NCBI RefSeq assembly: GCF_963921235.1
Contig: NC_086108.1
Location: forward strand, 98,644,001 to 98,708,000
Origin: Mobula hypostoma
Taxonomy: Eukaryota
Length of the DNA: 64,000 nucleotides
Reading direction: 5' to 3'
The translations under genes were made by a program, and so were the position numbers. Under the pieces are notes generated by a model, which was given only the letters and a program-made list of their open reading frames with translations, was not told the DNA's origin and made no database searches. Below, in pieces: positions 25,278 through 38,666 of this stretch; position 1 is the first letter of the stretch, and each line of letters starts with the position of its first letter.

Positions 25278-25611
25278 CGAGGGGTGATTGATAAGTTTGT
25301 GGCCTAAGGTAGAAGGAGTCAATTTTAGAAAACCGAGCGCATTTATTTTTCAACATAGTCCCCTCCTACATTTACACACTTAGTCCAGCGGTCGTGGAGC
25401 ATACAGATCCCTTCTTTGTAGAAGTCAGCATCCAGAAGTGGTGCACAGCGGGGGGTGATTGATACGTTCGTGGCCTAAGGTAGAAGGAGATGAGTTATTA
25501 CCTTCAAACTTTCTGCATAATCACTCAGAGTTGAACTGCACGTGCATGTAACGAGAGCTGTATAACACATCTCCTTTTACCTTAGGCCACGAACTTATCA
25601 ATCACCCCTTA
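25278..25611. mobile_element. Mariner-like MITE with a third internal TIR copy
   Basis: TA-CGAGGGGTGATTGATAAGTTTGTGGCCTAAGGTAGAAGGAG…CTCCTTTTACCTTAGGCCACGAACTTATCAATCACCCCTTA-TA; extra copy at about 25449-25490. Confidence 0.85.
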
Positions 25612-25969
25612 TAGTTTACATATCATCTATGTTTTAATTAAGTGGAATAGCTTAGTCCAGCTTCTATTTCTTGTTGATCATCAGTCTATATTTTCAGCCA
25701 CAATTCCCTGAAGTGGGACTTGAACCCACAACCTAGAGGCCATCAAACAAGCAGCGGCACAATAAAAATTGTTTTTTTTTGTGAATATATTATTTTGCAG
25801 CTTCAAGCCTGACTGTAATTACAGGCTCTGGCCATGGGATGATGCTGCAGCACCACCTTGTGATCCCCTGCTTTGTTTGCCAGATGGGTGTCTGTTTTGA
25901 GTTCTACTTTGAGGTAAGCAAGTGTGGTAGAAGTATTGCTTAAAACCTTATGGTCGCTTAGAAAATATT

Positions 25970-26594
25970 AGATTAGATTAGATTATGAGGACACGCAGTC
26001 CTCTTTTTATTGTCATTTAGTAATGCATGCATTAAGAAATGATACAATATTCCTCCGGTGTGATATCACCAAAACACAGGACAGACCAAGACTGTAAAAA
26101 CTAACAAAACCACATAATTATAACATATAGTTACAAGAGTGCAACAATACCATAACTTGATGAAGAACAGACCCTGGCACAGTAAAAAGTTCAAAGTCTC
26201 TCGAATGTCCCACATCTCACGCCGACGGGAGAAGGAAGAAAACTCTCCCTGCCATGCCCGACCACAGTCCGACTCAGAGTCGTCCGAAAACTTCGAGCCT
26301 CTGATCAGCCCTCCGACACCGAGCACCATCTCTATCCGAACACCATGACCTCAGCCTCGGTCGCCAGCAGCAGGCAAAGCCGGGGATCTTGGGGCCTACC
26401 CTCCGGAGATTCTCGATCGCGCAGTAACAACGCAGTGAACGGGCGTTTCAGAAATTTCTCCAGATGTTCCTCTGTGCTTTCATGTCTGTCTCCATCAAAT
26501 CAGAATTGTCCACGGCCCGTATTTAACAGAGACGATATCATTTTCACTGGAGGGCTGTGCATGCGCGGTGCGCTGCTATCTTCTCCTCTCGCCC
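25970..26594 (-). mobile_element. Non-coding retroposon with CpG-rich 5' half, (CTAAT)n tail and AATATT TSD
   Basis: AATATT at 25964-25969 and 26595-26600; a 3' copy lies at 20532-20770. Confidence 0.7.
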
Positions 26595-26644
26595 AATATT
26601 CTTAATTCCTTCTTTAATCTGCACTAGGCAAGATCTTCTGTGAC

Positions 26645-27210
26645 ATAAGAGATTCTGCAGATGCTGGAACTCTTAAGCAACAGAAAATCCTGGGGGAGCT
26701 CAGAAGGTCAGGCAGCATCTATGGAGGGGAATGAACAGTTGATGTTTTGGGCCGAGGACTGGAAAGGAGGGAGAAGGAGATGGGAGGGGGAGGGAAGGAG
26801 TACATGATTGAGAACAGGTGAGGAAGAAGATGGGTGGGTGGGGTAAGGAGAAGCTGGGAGGTGATAGGTGGAAGAGGTAAGGGCTGAAGAAGAAGGAATC
26901 GGACAGTGAACTGTGGAAGAAAGGGAAGGAGGAGGGGCAGCAGAGGGGTGCGATGGGCAGGTGAGGAGAAGAGAAAGGGGTGGGTGGGGAATGGAAAAAT
27001 ACAGAAGGGGGAAGGGAAGAAATTGCTGGATATTAGAGAAATCAATGATTATGCCATCAGGATGGAGTATAATGTGTTGCTCCACCAACCTAAGCTTGAC
27101 CTCATCATGGCGGTGGATTGACATGTCAGAGTGGGATGCAGAGGTCTTAGTGAAATGAGTGATTACTGGGAAATCCTGCCTTTTGGGGCGGGTGAAGCAA
27201 AGGAGCTTGA
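26645..27210 (-). mobile_element. Penelope-like element 3' fragment
   Basis: …DEVKLRLVEQHI…HPDGIIIDFSN matches the PLE C-terminus; the hammerhead core is deleted. Confidence 0.8.
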
Positions 27211-27458
27211 GGCTGCACCAGGTACAATTCGTGATGCCAAAAGACTCGAGAATGAAGATTCACATGACTTAGAAGGGAGGGCGGTGAGGAAGGGTCTCAC
27301 AGAGCTCCTGTCGAAGAGAGGAAGAAACCTTTCTCAGGGTAGGCCAACCTTGATGAGATTTCACAGTGAAGCAGCAAAACGGAGACACACTTAATTTTTC
27401 TTCTGTGAGCTAGACCAGATCGGTTTGTACCAATTGAACTCTTTATTTTCATCCAGAG

Positions 27459-28032
27459 GTTGTATTTTCCACGTCAACTCAGGAAGTACAACCTGCCTCA
27501 GGAGCTGCTGATTCAATTCTATTCAGGAGTAATCCAGTCTGTTCTCTGTTCGTCCATCACTGTCTGGTTTGGATCAGCTACCAAACAAGACAAGAATAGA
27601 CTCCAAAGAACTGTCACGGCTGCGGAAAGGATTATTGGTGTGAAGCTGCCCTCGATCCAGGACTTATATGCATCTAGAGTCCGGAAGTGAGCAAGCAGCA
27701 TCATTGTAGACCCATCACACCCTGGACATCACCTGTTCCAACTCCTTCCTTCTGGTAGGCGCTTTAGATCACTGTATGCCAGGACAAATAGGTACAAGAA
27801 CAGTTTCTTTCCGTATGCCATCAGTCTTATGAACACTTGAATTTTAGTCTATTATAAAGCAAGTCCACCTGTACATACACAGGTATACCTCATTGTATAT
27901 AGTTCACGATTATTTGCACTATTGTTTGGTTTGCTTTTTGATTCCGTACAGCGAGAGCTCAGGGAAACCGGCATCAAATTCCCTGTATGTGTCCACATAC
28001 TTGGCGATAATAAAGGATTCTGATTCTGATTC
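27459..28032 (+). mobile_element. Rex1/Babar-like LINE 3' fragment
   Basis: YFPRQLRKYNLPQELLIQFY…SSITVWFG…LQRTVTAAERIIG; (GATTCT)n tail. Confidence 0.8.
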
Positions 28033-28804
28033 TCAACCCCCCCGCCCCCATCAGTAAACCATCAGCATCCGTACTCCTGGCCAAAGCAAGAGAGCTTGTG
28101 ATTTGCAAACTCCCCAAAGCCAATTACCAATTCTACTGACAGCCCTGCCCAAGGGGTTTGAATACTCAGGTTACCTGACAAACCAGGTGGATATTGGAGC
28201 CACTTGTCCACAGATTTCTATATCACTCTTGCCTCTGGCTGTATGGCTTTTAAGGCGGCATGGTGACACAGTGGTTAGTGTAACACTTCACAGCGCCAGC
28301 GATTGGAGCACCAGTGTTCAATTCCTGCTGCTGTCTGTATGCCATGTGTGACTGCATGGGTTTCCTCTGGGTACTCCAGTTTCCGCCCACATTGCAAAAG
28401 GCGTATAGGTTAGTAAGTTAAGGGCATGTCATGTGGGTACCGGAAATTTGGCAGCACTTGCGGACTGTTCCCAGCCCATCTTCGGGCTGTGGTGGTTGTT
28501 GATGCTTATGATGCATTTCATTGTATGCCTCAGTGTTTTGAAGTACATCTGGTAAACAAGACTGATCTTTAAATCTTTCTCTTGAGCAGAAATGACGAAC
28601 AGTTGACATTCATCAGGACTGATGAAGGGTCTCGGTCCAAACGTCGACTGTATTTTTCCTCCATAGATGCTGCCTAACTTGCTGAGTTCCTCTAGCACTC
28701 TGCGTGTGTTACTTGAGGTCCAGGTTGACTTTCTACAGTCATAGGCTACCTTTACCTACCACATCCAAACAACAATAGAGATTAAAATCTGGGACTACAT
28801 GTTA

Positions 28805-29515
28805 AATTCAAGATTCAAGAGAGTTTAATGTAATTTTGAATACGCAAATGTAAAGGAGAACAAAATAGTTGTTATTCTGGACCCAATGCAGCACAAAAAT
28901 AAAAACATAAAAAGATAAAGTACACAATAATTAAAGAAAACATAATAAATATAAATGTGTAAGATAGCTTATAAACATAGACTGATTATGCATCCATAAA
29001 GTAATGCTGGGCACAGGATGTGTCTATACATAAGGTGACTGACAGAAAATGATAAAGTAGGGGGTGTGCAGGGGTGGGTTAGTGAGTGGAGGTGTTGATC
29101 AGCCTTACTGCTTGGGGACAGCAACTTTTTGAGTCTGGTGATCCTGGTGTGGATGCTATGTAGCCTCCTTCCTGATGGGAGTGGGACAAACAGTCCATGA
29201 GCAGGGTGGGTAGGATTCCTCATGATGTTATTGGCCCCTTTCCAATACTCTTCTGTACATATGTCCTTGACGGTGGGTTGGCTGGTGCCGATGAAGCATT
29301 AGGCAGTTTTGACTACCCGTTGTAGAGCCCCCCCGTCTGCCACAGTGCAGTTTCCATGTCAAGCAGTGATGCAGCTTGTTAGGATGCTCTCTGGAAAGGC
29401 GTGAGTGTTGATGTGCATTGTCCAGCTCTCGTCAGCCTCTTCAGAAAGTAGGAGTTGGTGAGCTTTCTTGATTGTGTAGAACGTGTTCTGGAACCGTGAG
29501 AGATTGTGCGAGGTG
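28805..29515 (-). mobile_element. Rex1/Babar-like LINE 3' fragment
   Basis: PTHPAHGLFVPLPSGRR motif; (TCTTGAA)n tail. Confidence 0.75.
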
Positions 29516-29543
29516 CCTAAAACTCTCCCATGGGGATTTCCTC

Positions 29544-30422
29544 TGTTACGTACCCCGTAACTGGGTTGCCAAACCAGCAGAAATGGATCACTCAGTTGGA
29601 GTCTGGATTACTAGAACTAAGGAAGTTTTATTAAGGAAACAAGCAACACAGTACTCTAATCAAAAGGATAATAAATGCAACAGTTCAGCAATGATGAACA
29701 CACATGTACACAGAATTAAGATAACAGGATCAATCAAGCTCTATCGTTGTCTAGGGGTAAATGACCAGTTTCAAAGTGATGCAAAGTTCAGTTCAATTTA
29801 GTTCAGTTCAGTTCGCAGACAGTGGGGGGAAGGAGAGAGAGAGCAGAACGAATGAATATTCAAATGGCTTCCACACACAGACCTTCGCAGTCAGCTTTCG
29901 TGCGAGCCCTTTGTGATGTCATCTGAGGTCACCGACCGTGACCCCTCCGTTTCCAGATACGATCGTTTCTCTGCAGTGAACCCGGCACCCAGGCAAGGGT
30001 GGACACACACCAGGTTCCCACCGATCGTGCCTTTCCACCCTGTGCGTCTATGGCTTGTCCCGCGACCAGCCGTCCAAAAACTTCCCACCGACTTGTGGGA
30101 GACGCACTGCTTCCAGGGTCCCGTTACCTCGGGATGTCATGTGTGTCTTGCCTTAGCGAACCTGTCCCTTTTTATCCCCCTGCTGGGGTATCACCTGTCC
30201 ATCACTTCAAACAGTTCTGGGTTCAAAGGGGGAGCCGATCTTGACAGCTCTCCTTCCGTTACTCTCTCCCGTCCCTTCATTAACATCTCCAAATGCTGCT
30301 CATTGTTTTCCTTATCTCTCTTTCTCCTAAAGACAGGTGGCAGACCAACTGGTGCCAGCACAGGACAGCTGACATCTAGCACAGGACAGCTGACATCTTA
30401 GTCTATGTGTATTCTTGTCACA
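29544..30422 (-). mobile_element. Solo LTR (Gypsy/Ty3-like), 879 bp
   Basis: Starts TGTTAC, ends GTCACA; perfect 4-bp TSD CCTC on both sides. The minus strand has a GATAAAA TATA-like box (about 30170) upstream of AATAAA (about 29628). Confidence 0.88.
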
Positions 30423-30948
30423 CCTCAAACTAGGATCAGAATAAAAGATGGCATCAAATGATGATTACTGACATTGGCTTTGTTTATGTTGATTTCTTCC
30501 TAACGTCCGGTGACTCTCAGCAGAGAACAGTTCTACATGTGGCGGCCCCTGCCCTGTGCATTGTAGGCGGGGCAGTGATCGGGAGCAGACCACCTCCGTG
30601 GCTTCTGGAGCTGCCTGACAGGGGCTGTTAGAGAATGGTGGAGAGAACGAGTTAAATCTCAGCCCTCCTGTAGGATGAGGGGAGGGGCTGTGCTTTATCG
30701 GTAATGACCTCATAGATGGGCTGAACTGCCTCATACCATCTTTCATTCAGCTAAGGACGTTGCTGACACATCCTGTACCCCTGTAAACGTCGGTCCTGGT
30801 GGGAACTGAATTCACGCCATATTTCCGACTGGCTGGATTACAGTCAGTTCTGAGGAATGGAACCATGCACTGGACCTGTACAGAAAACAGCCCTAGAGAT
30901 GATAGGTGGTCAATTCTTTAGATTCTGGAAGAATTTCTGCAGTCTGGA

Positions 30949-31205
30949 GGGGCAACACGATAGTGTAGTGGTTAGCACAACGCTTTACAATACAGGCAAC
31001 CTGGGTTCAAATCCCGATGCTGCCTGTTGGGAGTTTGTACTTTCTCCCCTAGATGGCGTGGGTTTTCTCCCGCAGTCCGAAGATGTACCGGTTGGTGGGT
31101 TAATGTGATTATTGCACGTCGACCCATTGTTAGGCTAGAATTAAACTGGTGGATCGCTAGGTGGCGTGGCTCGAAGGGCTGAAAGGGCCTACTTCACGCT
31201 GTATC
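30949..31205 (+). mobile_element. tRNA-derived SINE (V-SINE-like)
   Basis: A box TAGTGTAGTGG, B box GGTTCAAATCC; its 3' end runs into the minisatellite. Confidence 0.75.
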
Positions 31206-32308
31206 CGTGCAGTACGTCACAACCTACAGCTCTGAGATCCACTTCACGCTGTATCCGTGCAGTACACGTCACGACCTACAGCTCTGAGATCCACTTCACG
31301 CTGTATCCGTACGGTACACGTCACGACCTACAGCTCTGAGATCCACTTCACGCTGTATCCGTACGGTATACGTCACGACCTACAGCTCTGAGATCCACTT
31401 CACGCTGTATCTGTACGGTACGTCACGACCTACAGCTCTGAGATCCACTTCACGCTGTATCCGTACGGTATACGTCACGATGTACAGCTCTGAGATCCAC
31501 TTCACGCTGTATCCGTGCGGTACATCACGATGTACAGCTCTGAGATCACTTCATGCTGTATCCGTGCAGTACGTCACGACCTACAGCTCTGAGATCACTT
31601 CACGCTGTATCTGTGCAGTATACGTCACGACCTACAGCTCTGAGATCACTTCACGCTGTATCCGTACGGTATACGTCACGACCTACAGCTCTGAGATCCA
31701 CTTCACGCTGTATCCGTATGGTACGTCACGACCTACAGCTGTGAGATCCACTTCACGCTGTATCCGTACAGTATACGTCACGATGTACAGCTCTGAGATC
31801 CACTTCACGCTGTATCCGTGCGGTACATCACGATGTACAGCTCTGAGATCACTTCATGCTGTATCCGTGCAGTACGTCACGATCTACAGCTCTGAGATCA
31901 CTTCACGCTGTATCCGTACGGTATACGTCATGACCTACAGCTCTGAGATCCACTTCACGCTGTATCCGTGCGGTACGTCACGACCTACAGCTCTGAGATC
32001 ACTTCACGCTGTGTCCGTGCAGTATACGTCACGACTTACAGCTCTGAGATCCACTTCACGCTGTATCCGTGCAGTGCACGTCACGACCTACAGCTCTGAG
32101 ATCACTTCATGCTGTATCCGTGCGGTATACGTCACGACCTACAGCTCTGAGATCACTTCACGCTGTATCCGTACAGTATACGTCACGATGTACAGCTCTG
32201 AGATCCACTTCACGCTGTATCCGTGCGGTACGTCACGATGTACAGCTCTGAGATCACTTCACGCTGTATCCGTACAGTACATGTTATGACCTACAGCTCT
32301 GAGATCCA
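31191..32308. repeat. Minisatellite, 22 units of 49-52 bp
   Basis: Unit ACTTCACGCTGTATCCGT(G/A)C(A/G)GTA(TA)CGTCACGACCTACAGCTCTGAGATC(C); units counted by eye. Confidence 0.97.
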
Positions 32309-32549
32309 TTTTCTCTTAGACATATGCAAATAATAAATTTTTTAAAATAGGCATCTGTTAGTCTCGTGAGACCAGGGATTTGCGCCTTGGAAGGTTTCCA
32401 GGGCGTAGGCCTGGGCAAGGTTGTATGGAAGACCGGCAGTTGCAAGGCATATACTGGAAATTAAGTAAATACAATAGAAATTAAGGAAAACTATACATAA
32501 ATAAAAACTGACAAACAAATAATGTGCAACTTATACTAATTTATGATAA

Positions 32550-33140
32550 TAAAAGATGTTATGTTGAAGTTGTATAAGATGTTGGTGAGGCCTAATTTGG
32601 AATATATTGTGTACAACTTTGGTTACCTACCTACAGGAAAGAATGTAAATATGGTTGAAAGTGTTCAGAGAAAATTTACAAGGGTATTTTGCTGGTTCTG
32701 GAGGGCCTGAGTTGTAAGGAAAGATTGAGAACTTTATTCCTTGGAACATAGAAGATTGAAGGGAGATTTGATAGAGGTATACAAAATTATGAGGCATACA
32801 GGGTAAATGCAAACAGGCTTTTTCCACTGAGGTTGGCTGAGATCACAACTAGAGATCATGGGTTAAGGGTGAAAAGTGAAAAGTTTAAGGGGAACATGAG
32901 GGGAAATTTCTACACCCAGAGGGTCATGAGAGTGTGGAACGAGCTGCCAGTGCAAGTGGTGCACGTGAGCTCGATTTAAGTTTGAATAGTTACATGGATA
33001 TGGTATGCAGGACTATGGTCCCAGTGCCAGTTGATGGGAGTAGGCAGTTTAAATGGTTCAGCACATATTAGATGGGCTGAAGGGCCTGTTTCTTTGTTGT
33101 ACTATACTGTGCTGTACTGTTTCTCTGCTATAACTCTATG
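32550..33140 (+). mobile_element. CR1 3' fragment
   Basis: DVMLKLYKMLVRPNLEY-type sequence through to the 3' end. Confidence 0.8.
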
Positions 33141-33259
33141 AATCTAAATTCTGAGAACATGAGTTGTAGAGTCCTTGGGTTGTGGAATCAGTTCAGAGTT
33201 GAGGTGAGTGACATTATCCACACTGGTTCACAAGCATAATGTTTGCAGAATAGTAATTG

Positions 33260-36200
33260 TATTCTATCTTTACCTTAACAGCTTTATTAGTTACCTTCTG
33301 TTGATTTTTAAAAGCTTCTCGATCCTCTAACTTCCCACGAATTTTTGCTCCATTATATGCTCTCTGGCTTTTATGCTGGCTTTGACTTATCTTGTTAGCT
33401 ATGGTTGTGTCATCTTTCGTTTAGAGTACTTCTTCCTCTTTGCAATGTATATATCCTGTGCCTTCCGAATTGCTTCCAGAAATTTCTGCCATTGCTGCTC
33501 TGCTGTCATCCCTGCCAGTGTTCTTTTCCAATCAATTCTGACCAACTCCTCTCTCATGCCTCTGTAATTCCCTTTACTCCACTGTAATACTGATACATCT
33601 GACTTTTGCTTCTCCTCAAATTTCAGGGTGAATTCAATCATATTATGATCACTTGCCCCTAAGGGTTCTTTTACCTTAAGGTGTCTAATCAATTCTGTTT
33701 CTTTTCATGGCACCCAATCCAGAATAGCAGATCCTCTAGTGGGCTCAACCATTACATATATGTGTGTATATACACTATAAGACCGAGGAGTAGAATTGGA
33801 CCATCTAGCCCTTTGAGTCTGCTCTATCATTCAATCATGGCTGATCTTTTTTTGCCCTCTTCAGCATCACTCCCTGGTCTTCTCCCCGGAACCTTTGATG
33901 CCGTGGCCAATCAAGAACCTATCAATTTTTGCCTTAAATACACCCAACACACAACCTGGCTTCCACAGCTGCCTGTGGTAATAAATTCCACAAATTCACC
34001 ACCCTGTGGCTAAAGAAATTTCTCCGCATCCCTGTTTTAAATGGACATCCCTCCATCCTGAGGTTATGCCCTCTTGTCTTAGACCCCCCCCCCACCTACC
34101 CCCACCATGGGAAACATCCATTCCACACCGACTCTATCTAGGCTTTCAACATTCAAAAGGTTTCAATGAGATCCCACCCCCACTGTCCTTCTAAATCTCA
34201 GTGAGTACAGACCCAGAGCCATCAAACGTCCCTTGTATGATAACCCTTTCATTCCTGAAATCATCCTTGTGAACCTCCTCTGAACCCTCTCCAATGCCAG
34301 CACATCTTTTTCTTAGATGAGGAGCAAAGAACTGTCCACAATACTCAAGGCGAGGCCTCACCAGTGCCTTATAAAGCCTCAGCATCACATCCCTGTTCTT
34401 GTATTCTAGACCTCTTGGAATGAAAGCTAACATACTTAGCCTCCTCACCACTGACACTATCTGCAAGTTAATCTTTAGGGTGTTCTTCACAAGGACTCTC
34501 AAGTTCCTTTGCATCTCAGATTTTTTGATTTTCTCCCCATTTAGAAAACAGTCTGCACATTTACTACTTCTACCAAAGTGCATTACTGTGTATTTTCCAA
34601 CATTGTATTTTTTTTTTGCCCTTCCCTCCCATTCTCCTGCTCTGTCTAAGTCCTTCTGAAGCCTACCTATTTCCTCAACACTACCTGTCCCTTGACCAAT
34701 CTCTGCATCATCTGCCAATTTGGCAACAAAGCCATCTATTTCATCATCTAAATTATTGATACACAGCATAAAAAGAAGCAGTCCCAACATCTAACCATGC
34801 AGAACATCACTAGTCACTGGCAGCCAACCAGAGAAAGATCCTTTTATTCCAACTCGCTGCCTCCTACCAATTAGCCAATGTTCTAACCATGCCAGTAACT
34901 TTTCTGTAATACCATGGGCCCTTAACTTAGTAAGCAGCCCCATGTATGGCACCTTGTCAAAGGCCTTCTGAAAGTCCAAATATACAACATTCCATTTATC
35001 TATCCTACTTGTAATCTTCTCAAAGGTATTCCAACAGGTTCATCAGGCAAGATTTTCCCTTAAGGAAACCATACTGACTTTGTCTTGCCTTGTCCTGCAT
35101 CACCATGCCAGAGTCCAATGATTTTTAGAGGATCGTTACTAATGCCTCCACAATCTCTACCACTACCTGTTTCGGAACCCAAGGGTGCAGTTCATCTAGT
35201 CTGGGAGACTTATGTACCCTTAGGTCTTTAAGCTGTTTGGGCACATTCTCCCTTGTAATAGTAACTGCACTCATTTCTGTTCCCTCGCACTCTTCAACAT
35301 CTGCCACACTGCTAGTGTCTTCCACAATGAAGACTGATGCAGAATAATCATTTAGTTCATCTACCATCTCCTTGTCCCCTATTATTATTTCTCCAGCCTC
35401 ATTTTCTAGCAGTCCTGTGTCTACTCTCGTCTCTCTTTTATTTTTTACATACTTGAAGAAGCTTTCTCTATCCACTTTAATATTGTTTGCTAGCTTGCTT
35501 TCATATTTCATCTTTTCCGTCCTAATGATTCTTTTAGTTGCTCTCCCTAGGTTTTTAAAAGCTTCCCAATTCTCTGTCTTACCACAAATTTTTGCTTTGT
35601 TTTTTGCCCTTTCTTTTGCTTTTGTTTTAGCTTTGACTTCCCTTGTCAGCCACAGTTGTACTATTTTGTATTTTTCTTTGTTTTTGGAATACATCTATCC
35701 TGCAACATCATTTTTCCCAGAAGTTCACACCATTGTGGCCCTACTGTCATCAGTGCCAGTATCTCCTTCCAATTTAGTTTGGCCAACCCCTCTTTCATAC
35801 CACTGTTATTTCCTTTACTCCACTGCTATCAGACTTTACTTTCTCCCTATCAAATTTCAAGTTGAACTCTATCATATTATGATCACAGCCTGCTAAGGAT
35901 TCCATTACCTTAAGCTCCCTAATCACCTCCAGTCCATTTCATAACACCCACAGTACAGTCGATCCCCTGGTAGGCTCAATGACAAACTGCTCTAAAAAGC
36001 CATCTCATAGGCTTTCAACAAATTCACTCCCTGGGATCCTTTACCAACCTGATTTTCCCTATCTACCTGAATGTTAAAATCTGTCATGACTATCATAACA
36101 TTGCCCTTTTGACACGCCTTTTCTCTTTCCCGTTGTAATCTGTAGTCTACATCCCAGCTACTGTTTGGAGGCCTGTATATAACTGGCATCAGGGTCCTTT

Positions 36201-36590
36201 TACCCTTGCAGTTTCTTCACTCAACCCACAAAGATTCAGCATCTTCCGATCCAATGTCACATCTTTCTAATGATTTGACACCATTTTTTACCAGCAGAAC
36301 CACACCACCCTCTCTGCCTACCTTCCTGTTCCTCCGATATAATGTGTAACCTTGGACATTCTGCTCCCAACTACAATCATCCTTCAGTCATGATTCGGTG
36401 ATGGCCACAACATCATACCCGATCATCTATAATAGTACAAGATCATCCAACTTATTTCTTATACTCCATGTATTGAGATATAACACGTTGAGTACTGTAT
36501 TTGCTACCATTTTTGACTTTGCATCCCTAGTGCACTGATACTTACCCTGCTGGCTGCAATTTTGTTCTATCATCTGCCTGCCCGTACTGA
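33260..36590 (-). mobile_element. Degraded CR1 ORF2 (33775-36590) plus an adjacent CR1 endonuclease fragment (33260-33745)
   Basis: YLNTWSIRNKLDDL, YRPPNS, SDHNMI, DFQKAFDKVP, KLADD; many frameshifts. Confidence 0.9.
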
Positions 36591-37130
36591 CACTGTAATT
36601 CACAGTTTTTGCATATATTATCATGTATTGCATTGTACCACTGCTGCAAATTTAACGAATTGTATGAGTTATGCCGGTGATAATAAACTTGATTCTGACC
36701 ATAAGCCTTCTTAACCACCTTATCAACTTGCACTTCATCTTTTACGGTTCAATGGAAATGGATCCAAGAACCTCTTTTCCTCCCCACTACTAAGACACTC
36801 ATTACTAACCCTGTACTCTGCCTTCAAGTTCAATCTTCCAGAGTGAATTGTTTCACACTTTCCTGGGTTGAACTCTATCTGCCACTTCTCAGCTCAGCTC
36901 TGCATCCCATCAATGTCCCATTGTAACCTATGAAAACCTTCTACACTACCCATAACATCACTAGCCTTGGTGTCATCTGCAAACTTACTAACCCACCCTT
37001 CACCCCCTCTTCCAAGCTACTTACAGCAGATCTGTTGAGATGGATTCCAAGCAGTTAGCTAATAAGACGTGAACTTTTGTTTGGAAAGCCATCAAGGACA
37101 TTGAGGTTTCTGCTGTCTTTTGCCACCCAG

Positions 37131-37323
37131 GAAGCTGTTGCTCGAGGTATTCAGAAGGAATATAGCCGCTTGAAGGAGCAGGAGCAGGATTGCTACTTCA
37201 CGTCGTTGGTCCGCGAGCTGGAACTCAAGCGGAATCGCATGGCAGATGTGCTTCTTGCCTGCGGGATGAGGCCAGTCATCCCCGAAGGAGGATACTTCAT
37301 GATTGCCGACATTTCTGGTAAAA
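37131..37323 (+). CDS. KYAT3: KYAT3-like internal exon 5 of 6
   Basis: cccAG|…|GTaagt; 193 nt, phase 0/1; EAVARGIQKEYSRLKEQEQDCYFTSLVRELELKRNRMADVLLACGMRPVIPEGGYFMIADISGK. Confidence 0.95.
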
Positions 37324-38666
37324 GTAAGTGTTTAAAAGATTAGCTTTATTGGTCACATACAGTGACGTGCACTGTTTGTGTCAAATCCAATCAGCGGGGA
37401 TTGTGCTGTAGGCCGCCATGCTTCCAGCGCCAACCCAGTGTGCCCATGGCACATTAACCCTAACTGTACATCTTTGGAATCTGAGAGGAAACCGGAGGAA
37501 AACCACATGGTCATGTGGAGAACGTACAAACTCCTTCCAGACAACGGTGGAATCAAGCCCCAATCTTACAACTGGTGACCATGCCACCTTTGCAGCTAAC
37601 AGCACTGAACATTTATTAACCTTCAGGAACAGTTAATACCCCTCAACCGTCAGGCTCCTGAGCCAGTGTGGATAACTTCACTCACCTCCACACTGAACTG
37701 ATTCCACAACCTACAGACTTACCTTCAAGGACTCTAAAACTCACATTCTCTGTATGTATGTATATATTTATCTATTTTTTTGGTTGCTTTTTTCAATTTG
37801 CACAGTTTCTCTTTTTGCACATTGGTTGTTTGTCAGTCTTTTTGTGGTTTTCATATATTTGATTGTATTTCTTTATTTTCCTGCAAATGCTGGCAAGAAA
37901 ACGAATCTCAGAGTAGTACAGTATCTAGTGATGTGTACAGTACATACTTTGATAATAAATTTACTTTGACTTGTTTTTGACTTACTTGAGCTTTGCTTGT
38001 TACCACGAGGGACATGAGTCGGATCTGAAATGTTTCCTTGCTTCTCCTGAATGATGCAGTAAAGTAACAGAGGCATTTTGTTACAAGTGGAAAATTGGAT
38101 TCGTCCCACAGTATACTCAGGTCTGACTTCAGACTCAACAAACCGAAAGGCTCTGGTGCGGGATAAAAGGGCTCACAGTTCTGATTTGAACGTGATCCAA
38201 AGGTACATGCTGCTGACAGTTTGGCAGCAGCGACTCCTGCTTCGCCTTTGGATCGACCAGGAGCAGTTGTGGGATTGCAAAGGACAGACGTACTCAGCTT
38301 GCTGGGATGGTTGCCAATTATAGAGGGATGTTGTACTAACAGTGCTGAACCCCCACATTTGGTAAGAAGAATGAGAAGAGCCCGTGCTCCACCGAACCCC
38401 CCCCCCCCACTACATCCCACTTTATGTACACACAGTCTATGTATCTGTATAAGCTAGTCTTCTGTATAGGTGGCCACACTCACACAGTTAGTTGTACATT
38501 GTGTTTTACAGGATTGCTTTTATATTTATTATGTTCTTTGTGCTTATTATGCTTTTTACACTGTTCTCCTTTAACTTCCTGTACTAAAGAATGACAAAGA
38601 GTAATCTTGAATATAAACATAGAACATTACAGCACAATACAGGTTCTTCAGCCTGCAATGCTGTGC

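Noticed and set aside
30949..31030. tRNA gene
   Set aside because: A and B boxes are followed by a SINE body; no intact cloverleaf or terminator.
31191..32308. CRISPR-like array, or a 269-aa repeat protein (ORF 31480-32289)
   Set aside because: There are no unique spacers and no cas genes, and the context is a vertebrate intron. The ORF drifts through all frames of the repeat unit.
37077..37343. Standalone 88-aa gene
   Set aside because: It is exon 37131-37323 plus intronic read-through.
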